From Promethearchaeota archaeon (GTDB taxonomy: Archaea; Asgardarchaeota; Lokiarchaeia; Sigyniarchaeales; SOKP01), in contig JBHLMQ010000081.1 of NCBI GenBank assembly GCA_048938005.1, positions 1 to 10,285 on the forward strand: DNA of 10,285 bases. Reading direction: 5' to 3'. The position numbers and the translations under genes are program-made. The notes under the pieces were generated by a model. The model searched no databases and was not told the origin of the DNA. It saw nothing but the letters and a program-made list of their open reading frames with translations. Of this stretch, positions 1 to 8,464 are shown piece by piece. Positions within the stretch are counted from its first letter, which is position 1. Each line of letters opens with the position of its first letter.

Positions 1-23
1 AAATCCTTAAAGGAGATAAAACT

Positions 24-215
24 TTACCAGATTTGTTTGCTTTTTTCTAATTTTTTACGCAAATCTTTATACGCTTTCTTTTGTGTACTTAACTTTTTAC
101 TTCTCAAGTTAGGGGATTTATTTTTTGATCGATGGACCCCTATTTTTTTTTCTTTTTTATGGTCTTTAAGAGATTCTATTCGGTGTTCATATCTTTTACT
201 CACATAAATCAACAT
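24..215 (-). CDS. Small, highly basic hypothetical protein (63 aa)
   Basis: ATG-to-TAA ORF with 22 Lys+Arg in 63 residues. A TATA-like TATATAAA lies about 25-32 nt upstream on the minus strand. No recognisable family; a Lys-rich ORF can also arise by chance in A-rich DNA. Confidence 0.5.
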   Translation of the reverse strand: MLIYVSKRYEHRIESLKDHKKEKKIGVHRSKNKSPNLRSKKLSTQKKAYKDLRKKLEKSKQIW

Positions 216-239
216 TTAATCTTTTTTTATCTTAAAAAA

Positions 240-247
240 TTTATATA
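240..247 (-). promoter_or_regulatory. Putative archaeal TATA box for the 63-aa ORF
   Basis: The + strand tttatata reads TATATAAA on the minus strand, at a spacing consistent with a near-leaderless transcript. Low specificity in this AT background. Confidence 0.3.
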
Positions 248-449
248 TATTAAATTAAAAATAAACAATTATATATAATAACTTAACAACTTTCATATCC
301 TTTAAATAATCTTATCAATTTCAAAATCTAAACCTCTAGAAAGTATGACTGGATTTGAATAAAAGACAATTTAAAGGATAAATCAAATCAAATCTTTAAA
401 TTATTATGACTATTTGTTAAAAGATTCAAAAGAATCTAAAATAATATTT

Positions 450-1925
450 TTAGATTGTTTCTCCAGTAATTCTATTTACTTTAAAGTGTCGAAATCTAGC
501 ACTTACTCGACCAATTTCTTCACTGGTTAATATTTTTCTAACAATTTCATCTGGAAACAAATACTTTGCAAGATGAATGATCATTTCTTTAGTTTCTATG
601 CAATTGAATAACTTTAAACTTTCAATTGAGTAAAATAATTCACTTATCAAATCATAATTTGTATCTACAGAAAATTCAAGAAGTTCTAAATTTCTATAAA
701 TTCTCTTTACGACACTATTCAGAATATTATAATCTTTTAGCTTTTCTAGAGTATTTTGCATATAATTAATAAACAGGACATAATAAATAGCTTCGGAAGT
801 AATAAATCCATCTCTATACTGTCTTATACCTTCAGGAACGATACGTGTTTCCAGTTCTTCTAAAATTGCTTTAATCTCACTATCCAAATCACTAACTCCT
901 AATTGTCTGTAAATTTTTAAAATTACTACCAGTTGTGAGGTCTCAAGGCTTTGTAAATAATTAGATTCTAAAAATTTTGGGTCCGTTTTAATTAGATTAT
1001 TTATTTGTTCATGTTTTAGCCATAATTTCATTAATATAGTTGATTTAAAAAAATAATAAGCACCATCTGTAGCTTCGAGAAGTGGAGATTCATATCTCTC
1101 TATAGCCTCATCGAATAAATTCAATAAAAAATCTGTAATTTTTTTTTTATCAAGCTTTACATTCAAAGATTTTGCCAAATAAATTCCACAAAAATAAAGA
1201 TCAGGATTTTTTAAAGAAACTAATGGAACATCTATCAACCATTCATCAATATTTTCTTCTAAATATAACTTTATATGAGAAAAATCAAACTTTTTTTGGA
1301 GATGGAAAAAATCAATAATTCTATAAATTAAATAAATTAGCTGAAGCTTATACTGAGGTTCTTCTAAATCCTCCAAACTTTCAATCTCTTGCTTACTTTT
1401 TATTAATTTACTAATTACTTTTTCTTGAATATGAATATATTTTCTTAATTTTTCCATTTTCTCAGGAACTCGTTCAATAAGAGTTTTTAAATTTCTTAAT
1501 TCCATAATTAATTCAATCGAAAGAAAACCCTCATCTTTGAATTTTAACATAAGAGGTGCAGTTCCCACTTCAACGAGATAAGCAATTATTTTTTCCAAAA
1601 AAATTTCGTATACTATTGGAGCTATTTTTTTTTTATAAAGATCTATAACCGAAGAAATATCTTCTTTTTCTTCTTTCTTTATTTCTAAAAATGGGTCTGA
1701 AAATTTATCCTCAATTTCAGTTTGTTTAAAACCTAAATCAATAAAATAATTTACATGGAATAAACATAATTTTTTATAAACATTCTTTACATTTTTTTTT
1801 TCTATTATACTATTACCAAAAGAATTTATGATTTTTGTTTGAAAATGAATATCTATATTATTATAAAAAAAATCAATATTGTTTAGATACATCTCTAAAA
1901 TATTAAATAATCCTTGAAATATCAT
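450..1925 (-). CDS. Hypothetical soluble all-alpha protein (491 aa); C-terminal half has degenerate prenyltransferase/terpene-cyclase-like alpha-alpha barrel repeats
   Basis: Long uninterrupted ORF with a central coiled-coil-like stretch (LRNLKTLIERVPEKMEKLRK...EIESLEDLEE). Repeated units resemble the G-x-F...T/S-x-Y/F-Y-x-hydrophobic helix repeat: NPDLYFCGIYLAKSL, ATDGAYYFFKST, EGIRQYRDGFITSEAIYYVLFIN, ISELFYSIESLKLF. Coding status is confident; the fold call is inference. Confidence 0.85.
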   Translation of the reverse strand: MIFQGLFNILEMYLNNIDFFYNNIDIHFQTKIINSFGNSIIEKKNVKNVYKKLCLFHVNYFIDLGFKQTEIEDKFSDPFLEIKKEEKEDISSVIDLYKKKIAPIVYEIFLEKIIAYLVEVGTAPLMLKFKDEGFLSIELIMELRNLKTLIERVPEKMEKLRKYIHIQEKVISKLIKSKQEIESLEDLEEPQYKLQLIYLIYRIIDFFHLQKKFDFSHIKLYLEENIDEWLIDVPLVSLKNPDLYFCGIYLAKSLNVKLDKKKITDFLLNLFDEAIERYESPLLEATDGAYYFFKSTILMKLWLKHEQINNLIKTDPKFLESNYLQSLETSQLVVILKIYRQLGVSDLDSEIKAILEELETRIVPEGIRQYRDGFITSEAIYYVLFINYMQNTLEKLKDYNILNSVVKRIYRNLELLEFSVDTNYDLISELFYSIESLKLFNCIETKEMIIHLAKYLFPDEIVRKILTSEEIGRVSARFRHFKVNRITGETI

Positions 1926-2355
1926 TCTTAAAAAAAATAATATAGTAATTTTTATTCCAATTATTTTAGAATAAATTATAAAAAAATTAATACTTTATCA
2001 TATTCTTAATTAAAATTCAACTTATTTAACAAACTATAGATTCTTTCAATAGTATCAATTAGTATATTCTTTATATTGGACCTTCTGTCAAGATTTCCGC
2101 ATATTTTGGCAACAACATTAATTCTATTATATAAAAATTAATAAATCACATTAATAGAATAGAATTAGTATTTGATTCATAATTGGAAGTAAGATTAATT
2201 CTATGACCCAAATTTACATTATAAAAATATCCAATTACTTTATTTAATCCTTTTGGAGCGTGCTTTCGAACTGTAATAGATAAATTTATACGTATGATTT
2301 AATTTTATTAATTTAAATTTATATTTTTTTTAAAATAAATAAAGTTGAGAATAAT
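1926..2355. promoter_or_regulatory. Divergent promoter region between the 491-aa gene and the ATP synthase operon
   Basis: 430-bp extremely AT-rich noncoding gap between head-to-head genes. TATA-like TTTATA at 2285-2290 and at 2318-2323 (the latter about 33 nt before the atpK ATG). Confidence 0.6.
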
Positions 2356-2724
2356 ATGAATGGGAAAAAAAAATTTTATCTATTACTGGGACTTTACCAA
2401 ATTGTATTAATTTTTATTGTATTTTTTTCAGTGGATGGATTAGTAACATTTGTTTCTGCTCAACCAACTGATGATAATTATTACTATTATAATTCAATAA
2501 CTGCGGCAGCCCTTGCAATTGCAGCCTCAATATCGGTCGCAGCTGCGGTATTAGGAAGTGCTATAGCTTTAAAAACAGTGGGAACTGCAGCAATCTCTTC
2601 ACTTTCTGAGCGAGAGGAAACATTTTTCAAAGCATTTTTAGTTGTTGCTTTATGTGAAGCTTTGGCAATATATGGGTTAATAATTGCTATACTCTTATGG
2701 ACAAAAATTCCCGGATATACATAA
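2356..2724 (+). CDS. atpK: A/V-type ATP synthase subunit K (c, proteolipid); single hairpin plus N-terminal hydrophobic extension
   Basis: Ala/Gly/Ser-rich helix (ALAIAASISVAAAVLGSAIAL), polar loop SEREE, and a second helix with the ion-binding Glu101 in ALCEALAIYGLIIAILL. Confidence 0.95.
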   Translation: MNGKKKFYLLLGLYQIVLIFIVFFSVDGLVTFVSAQPTDDNYYYYNSITAAALAIAASISVAAAVLGSAIALKTVGTAAISSLSEREETFFKAFLVVALCEALAIYGLIIAILLWTKIPGYT

Positions 2725-2726
2725 AT

Positions 2727-2760
2727 TTATTTTATTTATGTAAAAATTTTTATTTTTTCT
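2727..2760 (+). terminator. Possible leaky oligo-T terminator after atpK
   Basis: Several T-tracts (tttattttattt; tttttattttttct) directly after the atpK stop, in the longest spacer of the operon (55 nt). Archaeal intrinsic terminators are oligo-T. Confidence 0.35.
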
Positions 2761-2779
2761 ACAATCTGGTGGTTAACTT

Positions 2780-3838
2780 TTGAGCACAATAATCCCTTCT
2801 TATGCTTATACATTTATTAAAATTGCATTTTTGAAAAATCTAATTATTGACGATATTTCTTTGCAAAATTTCAATAAAGCCAAGGATATTAAAGCAGTTT
2901 TAGAGTCTATTAATCCTTTTTACCCAGATTTAAATATTAAAAAAATAGCGATTGGGAATATTGAATTAGCCCTGTATCATAATTATATTAAAATGATTGG
3001 AAAAATTATGCTTTATTCACCACCAAATATGAGATTATTTCTAAAAAATTTTCTTTTAAAATTTGAAATAATCAATATTAAACAAATTATTATTGGTTCA
3101 ATTCTAGGAATAGAAATTAAAAAGAAGATAAAAATGGTTAATTTTTTAGTTGAGGAATATTTAGAAAACACAGAATTTATTGAAGATCTGCTAAAGATCT
3201 CTTCTTTAGAAGAATTTCAATTATTTTTTAAAAAATCTAAATATAGAATCCCCATAAGAGAAGGTATTTCTTATTTTAAAAATTATAATGAAATTTTTGT
3301 ATTAGAAGCTTTTTTAGATAAATTCTATTATGAAAATATGATAAGCCAGTTAAAGAATTTGAATACAAAAGAAAAAAACATTATAACTGATTTTGTAAAA
3401 TACAAAACGGAAATCTACAACATAAATATTATCTATCGAGGTTTAAAAAATCATATTGAAAAAGAATTATTAGCTCAATTTCTTATAGATTATTATTTAT
3501 TTTTAGATAAAGGTAAGATTGATTATTTATTAAGTATAGAGGATCTTAACATATTATCATCTTTAATAGAAAATTACATTAAAAATGTTAAAGAAATAAA
3601 AAGGTTTTATAAAAACATTGTTATTGATAAGGAGCATTTTGTTTACTCAATTCAAGAGATTTATCAAAAGTATTATTTTAAGAAATTTAAAATAAAGATT
3701 GATGATATTGATTCAATTACAATTTTCAGGATATTAGAGCTTATTATCAAAAAAGAGAATGAAATTCAATTTAAAATTATTCCTAAAGTAATTAAAATTA
3801 TTAACAAGAAATTCGAAGAATTGAAAATACTTGATTAA
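2780..3838 (+). CDS. atpC: A/V-type ATP synthase subunit C (V0 d / AC39 family)
   Basis: 352 aa with TTG start and SD-like GGTGG at 2768-2772. Family-like motifs YAYTFIKIAFLK, KFEIINIK, LEAFLDKFYY and EIYNINIIYRG; operon context. Confidence 0.85.
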   Translation: MSTIIPSYAYTFIKIAFLKNLIIDDISLQNFNKAKDIKAVLESINPFYPDLNIKKIAIGNIELALYHNYIKMIGKIMLYSPPNMRLFLKNFLLKFEIINIKQIIIGSILGIEIKKKIKMVNFLVEEYLENTEFIEDLLKISSLEEFQLFFKKSKYRIPIREGISYFKNYNEIFVLEAFLDKFYYENMISQLKNLNTKEKNIITDFVKYKTEIYNINIIYRGLKNHIEKELLAQFLIDYYLFLDKGKIDYLLSIEDLNILSSLIENYIKNVKEIKRFYKNIVIDKEHFVYSIQEIYQKYYFKKFKIKIDDIDSITIFRILELIIKKENEIQFKIIPKVIKIINKKFEELKILD

Positions 3839-3859
3839 GAGTCATTAAAGGTTATAAAA

Positions 3860-4171
3860 ATGAAAATTTTCGAATGGGTCGAAGAAATCGAGAAAATTTA
3901 TAAAGATTTAATTGATAAAGCGAAGAAAGAAAATCTTGCTGAATTAGAAAATCTAAGATCTGAGCAAGAAAAGAATATGGAAAAAAGGATTAAAAACAAT
4001 CGTGAAATGGTTGATTCAGCTTTAAAATTACTCTTAAAAAAATTAAAAGATGAAGATATTTTTATTACAGAAAAATTAAACGATTTTAAAAAAAAAATGG
4101 AAAAAGAATATCAAAACTCTAAACAAAATTTAGGTGAATTAATAATAAAAGATATTGGATTTGATTTTTAA
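3860..4171 (+). CDS. atpH: Probable peripheral-stalk subunit H (G-like)
   Basis: 103-aa charged coiled coil (EEIEKIYKDLIDKAKKE...) with a hydrophobic C-terminal helix. Size fits, and it is the only subunit otherwise missing from the operon. AGGT upstream of the ATG. Confidence 0.7.
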   Translation: MKIFEWVEEIEKIYKDLIDKAKKENLAELENLRSEQEKNMEKRIKNNREMVDSALKLLLKKLKDEDIFITEKLNDFKKKMEKEYQNSKQNLGELIIKDIGFDF

Positions 4172-4491
4172 TGGCTGGAAAGAAAATTCATGTATTAGGT
4201 GACGAAGATATTATTTTGTTGTTTGGGCTTTTAGGAATAGATGGTAGTATAATTGAAAATAGTGAGGTTTTTCTTAAGAAATTTGACACATTGACTAAAG
4301 ACTCTTCGATTGGAATGATTATTATCTTTATGAAATTACCAAATGAAATTATAGATTTTATTTTAGAATTCAAAATAAGTAATAAAAGTCCATTCATATA
4401 TTTAATACCAGATATATTTCAATCAGATATTGAGAATCGAGATATATTTTTTAATAAAATTTTTGAATCTATCGAACAAATTATAAGTTAA
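4171..4491 (+). CDS. atpF: A/V-type ATP synthase subunit F
   Basis: 106 aa; KIHVLGDEDIILLFGLLGI matches the subunit F signature KIAVIGDxDxxxGFxLAG. TAATG stop/start overlap with the preceding gene. Confidence 0.92.
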   Translation: MAGKKIHVLGDEDIILLFGLLGIDGSIIENSEVFLKKFDTLTKDSSIGMIIIFMKLPNEIIDFILEFKISNKSPFIYLIPDIFQSDIENRDIFFNKIFESIEQIIS

Positions 4492-4504
4492 GAGATGTAG
4501 GGCT

Positions 4505-5227
4505 ATATCAAACATTAATACATTAAAAGAAAGATTTGGGAGACTTGGATTATATCTTATTGAAAGAGCTAAAGATGAAATTAAACTTATAGATCAGCAG
4601 ACTCTCTTTCAAATTGCAGAAATAAAAAAAAAGTATAGAGAGAGAATAGTAGATAATTCATCAAAAATTAAAACGAATTTTATTGAAACTTATAATAAAC
4701 GTTTAAATAACGCCTTATCTTCAACTCTTCTAAAAATAAAGGAAGAAACGTTGAATGTTAAAAACTCTTTAATTTCAAAACTAATTATAGATTTAAATCT
4801 AATATTGGAAAAGAAGATAAAAGATAATTATACAAATTACCTAAAATTTTTATTAGGAATATTTAAAAAAATTAAACATTTAATAGATAAGCCCCCTGAA
4901 ATCGTTATAAATTTAAATTCAAAAGATTATGAATATTTTATTAAGAATTTCGATAGAATTCAAAAGATTTTTGAAAATAATGTGACATTAAATCCTTCAA
5001 AAGAAGAATTTATAGGGGGTTTTAGAATTTTACAAACTAAGATGAATATTTCTTATGATTTTTCAATTACAAGTTTAATCAATAAAAAAAGATCCCTAAT
5101 TGAAATTGAATTTTCAAAAATCTTTTCAAATATTTATTTAGAAATTAACGAAATAATACAAAACTACGAAAAATTCGTCCAGAATCAAAAACTGGCTATA
5201 AAAGAATATTTAAAAAATTATGACTAA
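4505..5227 (+). CDS. atpE: A/V-type ATP synthase subunit E; start probably non-canonical (ATA 4505, or ATT 4514)
   Basis: The frame is open from 4487 (after TAA 4484-4486) to 5227. The part upstream of TTG 4751 encodes the expected N-terminal coiled coil (SNINTLKERFGRLGLYLIERAKDEIKLIDQQ...). The C-terminal domain has the E motifs INLNSKD, FIGGFRI and YDFSI. The exact start is uncertain. Confidence 0.85.
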   Translation: MSNINTLKERFGRLGLYLIERAKDEIKLIDQQTLFQIAEIKKKYRERIVDNSSKIKTNFIETYNKRLNNALSSTLLKIKEETLNVKNSLISKLIIDLNLILEKKIKDNYTNYLKFLLGIFKKIKHLIDKPPEIVINLNSKDYEYFIKNFDRIQKIFENNVTLNPSKEEFIGGFRILQTKMNISYDFSITSLINKKRSLIEIEFSKIFSNIYLEINEIIQNYEKFVQNQKLAIKEYLKNYD

Positions 5228-7070
5228 AGCTAACGAAAAAGTATATGAAGAGCTTACTTCTGGTTATATATCCGCAATAAATGGATCATTAATTGAAATA
5301 AAAGGATTTGAAAAGGAAGTTCGCATTCACGACTTGATAAGAGAATCTGAACATAATATTTTAGGAGAAGTGATTCAGATTTATTCAAATCACGTAACTG
5401 CTCAATGTTTCGAAAATACAGATAATTTAAAACTTGGTGAAAAAGTAGTTAATTTAAAAGAACCATTATCAATGGAATTGGGTCCTGGATTATTAGGTAA
5501 TGTTTTCGATGGTATTCAAAGACCATTAGATACCACTTTTCAAAATACTCATAAAGGCTTTTTAGATAGAGGTAATGATTTACCATCATTATCAAGAACT
5601 AAAAAATGGCATTTCAAACCACAAAAAAAAGTTGATGAGAGAGTAAGTAGTGGAGATATAATTGGAACTGTACAAGAGACTTTTTTAATTGAACATAAAA
5701 TATTAGTACCAATTGGAATCTCAGGAAAATTGAGTTATATTGCATCAGAAGGTGATTATACGATTAAGGATGAAATTTATCATGTGAAGGCTAAAAACAG
5801 TGAAAAATCATTCTCAATGATGCAAAAATGGCCAATCACTAGAAGTAGACCTTATAAAATGCGAATAAGCCCAACTGAACCATTAATAACAGGTATGCGT
5901 GTAATAGATCTATTATTTCCTATAGCAAAAGGAGGAACTGTTGCAGTACCAGGGGGATTTGGGACTGGTAAAACTGTTATACAACAATCTTTAGCAAAAT
6001 GGTGTAATGCTGATGTTATTATTTTTGTTGGATGTGGAGAACGAGGAAATGAAATTGCTGATGTTTTAAAACAATTTTCGGAAATTACTGATCCAAAAAG
6101 TGGAAGACCATTGTTAGATCGTATAACACTAATTGCTAATACATCAAATATGCCAGTGTCTGCTCGTGAAGCAAGTATTTTTTCAGGTGTTACAATTGGC
6201 GAGTATTATCGCGATATGGGGTATGATGTTGCAGTACTAGCAGATAGTACCTCAAGATGGGCAGAATCTTTACGAGAGATTTCAGGCTTATTAGAAGAAA
6301 TGCCGGCTGAAGAGGGATATCCTGCATACTTACCATCAAAAATCTCAAGTTTCTATGAAAGAGCAGGAGTTGTAAATATTTTAGGGGAAAATAATTCAGA
6401 TAAAGAGAGATTAGGTTCTTTAACGATAATAGGCTCAGTATCCCCCCCATCTGGAGATTTTAGCGAACCGGTTACAGCAACAACTAAACGTTTTGTCCAA
6501 GCTTTTTGGGCACTAGATGCTAACTTAGCTTATTCTAAACATTATCCCGCTATAAATTGGTTAAATTCGTATTCAAATTATCCAGATTATATAATTGATT
6601 GGTGGGCTGAAAAGGATATCTTTTGGTCTGAGATAAACGTTGATTGGTATGAAGCTAGAAACCAAATAAATAACATTCTTTCACAAGAGAATGAATTAAA
6701 AAATATAATGCAATTAATTGGTGAAGAAAATTTACCTGAAGATCAGCAATTAATTCTTTTTATTACAAAATTGATAAGAAATGGTTATTTAATACAAAAT
6801 GCTTTTGATGATATAGATAATTTCACGAATGTCAAAAAATTAATAGGACAGATTAAATTAATTCTTCTATTATATAAACAAGGGAAAGAATTATTAAAAT
6901 CGGGGTATTTAATTGAAGATATTAAGAATCTTGATGTGATCGATGACATTTTAAGAATTAGTTATTCGATTTCTAATGATGATTTTTTTAAAATCGAGAA
7001 CTTAAAGAAAAAGTTAGTAAATGAAGTAGAATCATTAAAGTTATCATATGGAGTTTCAAAAGAGAAATGA
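5220..7070 (+). CDS. atpA: A/V-type ATP synthase catalytic subunit A
   Basis: 616 aa; Walker A GGFGTGKT (5952-5975), [46 protein letters not shown]. Overlaps the atpE stop by 8 nt. No intein. Confidence 0.98.
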   Translation: MTKANEKVYEELTSGYISAINGSLIEIKGFEKEVRIHDLIRESEHNILGEVIQIYSNHVTAQCFENTDNLKLGEKVVNLKEPLSMELGPGLLGNVFDGIQRPLDTTFQNTHKGFLDRGNDLPSLSRTKKWHFKPQKKVDERVSSGDIIGTVQETFLIEHKILVPIGISGKLSYIASEGDYTIKDEIYHVKAKNSEKSFSMMQKWPITRSRPYKMRISPTEPLITGMRVIDLLFPIAKGGTVAVPGGFGTGKTVIQQSLAKWCNADVIIFVGCGERGNEIADVLKQFSEITDPKSGRPLLDRITLIANTSNMPVSAREASIFSGVTIGEYYRDMGYDVAVLADSTSRWAESLREISGLLEEMPAEEGYPAYLPSKISSFYERAGVVNILGENNSDKERLGSLTIIGSVSPPSGDFSEPVTATTKRFVQAFWALDANLAYSKHYPAINWLNSYSNYPDYIIDWWAEKDIFWSEINVDWYEARNQINNILSQENELKNIMQLIGEENLPEDQQLILFITKLIRNGYLIQNAFDDIDNFTNVKKLIGQIKLILLLYKQGKELLKSGYLIEDIKNLDVIDDILRISYSISNDDFFKIENLKKKLVNEVESLKLSYGVSKEK

Positions 7071-8458
7071 GTATAATATATGGGAAAATACAGCAGATTG
7101 TTGGACCTTTAATATTCTTAAGTAATCAACATGATGCACAATATGGAGAGATAGTTAAAATTATTACAAATGATGGAATGGAACGCACTGGTCAAGTTGT
7201 AAAAATAAATGAAGAGACCATAATAATCGAAGTATTTGAAGATACAGGTGGGTTATCTTCAGAAAATTCTAAAATTCTTTTCACAGAAGATTCATTTAAA
7301 GTTAAGATCTCAAATGATATGTTTGGTAGAACATTCAATTCAATTGCAAAACCAATTGACATTAATACTAAGAAGGTTTTAGATTCTGAACTAATAACAG
7401 AAGTAGAGCGTGATATTAATGGTACTCCTATTAACCCATTTGCGAGGGATTATCCTTCGGAAGTCATACAAACAGGTATATCAGTAATAGATGGGCTTTT
7501 TACCCTAATAAGAGGACAAAAACTTCCAATATTTAGTGGGCAAGGAATGCCACATAATGCATTAGCCGCTCAAATTGTTACTCAAGCAAAAGTTTTAACA
7601 GAAGAACCTTTTTTAATTATTTTTTGTGGAATAGGAATTATTCAAGATGAAGCGATTTATTTCTTAAATAGATTTCAAGAAAGTGGAAACATACAAAACA
7701 TTATTTCTTTTATTAATTTTGCGGATGATCCTATAATGGAGCGTTTAATCATTCCTAGGGTTGCATTAACAACAGCGGAGTATTTTGCTTTTGATAAAGA
7801 TATGCATGTTCTTGTTATTTTAATCGATATGACCAATTATGCAGAAGCTTTAAGAGAACTCAGTTCAGCAAAAGAAGAGATTCCTAGTCGAAAGGGTTAT
7901 CCTGGATATTTATATACTGATTTCGCATCTATTTATGAGAGAACAGGTAAAATAAAAGGTAAAAAAGGTACAATCACTCAGATACCAATTCTAACAATGC
8001 CAAATGATGATATTTCCCATCCAATTCCAGATACTACAGGATATATAACTGAGGGACAATTAGTTCTTAATAGAAATTTACATAAAACAGGAATATACCC
8101 TCCATTTGAAGTCTTAGCTTCTATATCTCGACTTATGAAGGATTCTATTGGCAAAGATACAACAAGGGAAGATCATAAAGATATAAGTTCCCAATTATTA
8201 GCATCTTATTCAAATTCCCTTGAAGTTAGAGATCTTATTTCAATAGTGGGAGAAGATGGGTTAACCTTTAATCAGAGAGCTGATTTAAATTTTGGACAAA
8301 TTTTTGAAAACAAATTTTTGAACCAGGGAATTGATGAAGATCGAGATTTTTCAGAAACATTTGGTATTGCATGGACTGCTTTATCTGAAATACCTAAAAA
8401 TCAGTTATTCAGAATTCACCAAAACTTAATAAATAAATATTATAAAGAAAAGGTGTAA
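7067..8458 (+). CDS. atpB: A/V-type ATP synthase subunit B
   Basis: 463 aa; RGQKLPIFSG, DMTNYAEALRE, PSRKGYPGYLYTDFASIYER, MPNDDISHPIPDTTGYITEGQ. ATGA overlap with atpA. Confidence 0.98.
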   Translation: MSIIYGKIQQIVGPLIFLSNQHDAQYGEIVKIITNDGMERTGQVVKINEETIIIEVFEDTGGLSSENSKILFTEDSFKVKISNDMFGRTFNSIAKPIDINTKKVLDSELITEVERDINGTPINPFARDYPSEVIQTGISVIDGLFTLIRGQKLPIFSGQGMPHNALAAQIVTQAKVLTEEPFLIIFCGIGIIQDEAIYFLNRFQESGNIQNIISFINFADDPIMERLIIPRVALTTAEYFAFDKDMHVLVILIDMTNYAEALRELSSAKEEIPSRKGYPGYLYTDFASIYERTGKIKGKKGTITQIPILTMPNDDISHPIPDTTGYITEGQLVLNRNLHKTGIYPPFEVLASISRLMKDSIGKDTTREDHKDISSQLLASYSNSLEVRDLISIVGEDGLTFNQRADLNFGQIFENKFLNQGIDEDRDFSETFGIAWTALSEIPKNQLFRIHQNLINKYYKEKV

Positions 8459-8464
8459 AAAACA

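Noticed and set aside
3-17. Short dyad TCCTT-A-AAGGA and AGGAG at the left edge
   Set aside because: Too short and lacking context at the window edge; no + strand ORF follows the AGGAG.
1625-4097. A/T homopolymers of about 10 nt in coding regions (e.g. 1625-1634, 1792-1801, 4088-4097) as phase-variation or slippage sites
   Set aside because: Frames are intact, and such runs are expected from Lys codons in very AT-rich DNA.
4188-4397. 69-aa minus-strand ORF
   Set aside because: Entirely antisense to atpF; a shadow ORF with no motif.
4492-4750. Apparent 260-bp intergenic gap (ncRNA or pseudogene?)
   Set aside because: It is an open frame continuous with atpE and encodes a plausible E N-terminal helix.
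6190-6450. 86-aa minus-strand ORF
   Set aside because: Antisense to the most conserved part of atpA; no independent support.
5220-7070. Intein in subunit A (known insertion sites near the P-loop)
   Set aside because: Length is normal and the sequence around GKT is contiguous with canonical motifs.
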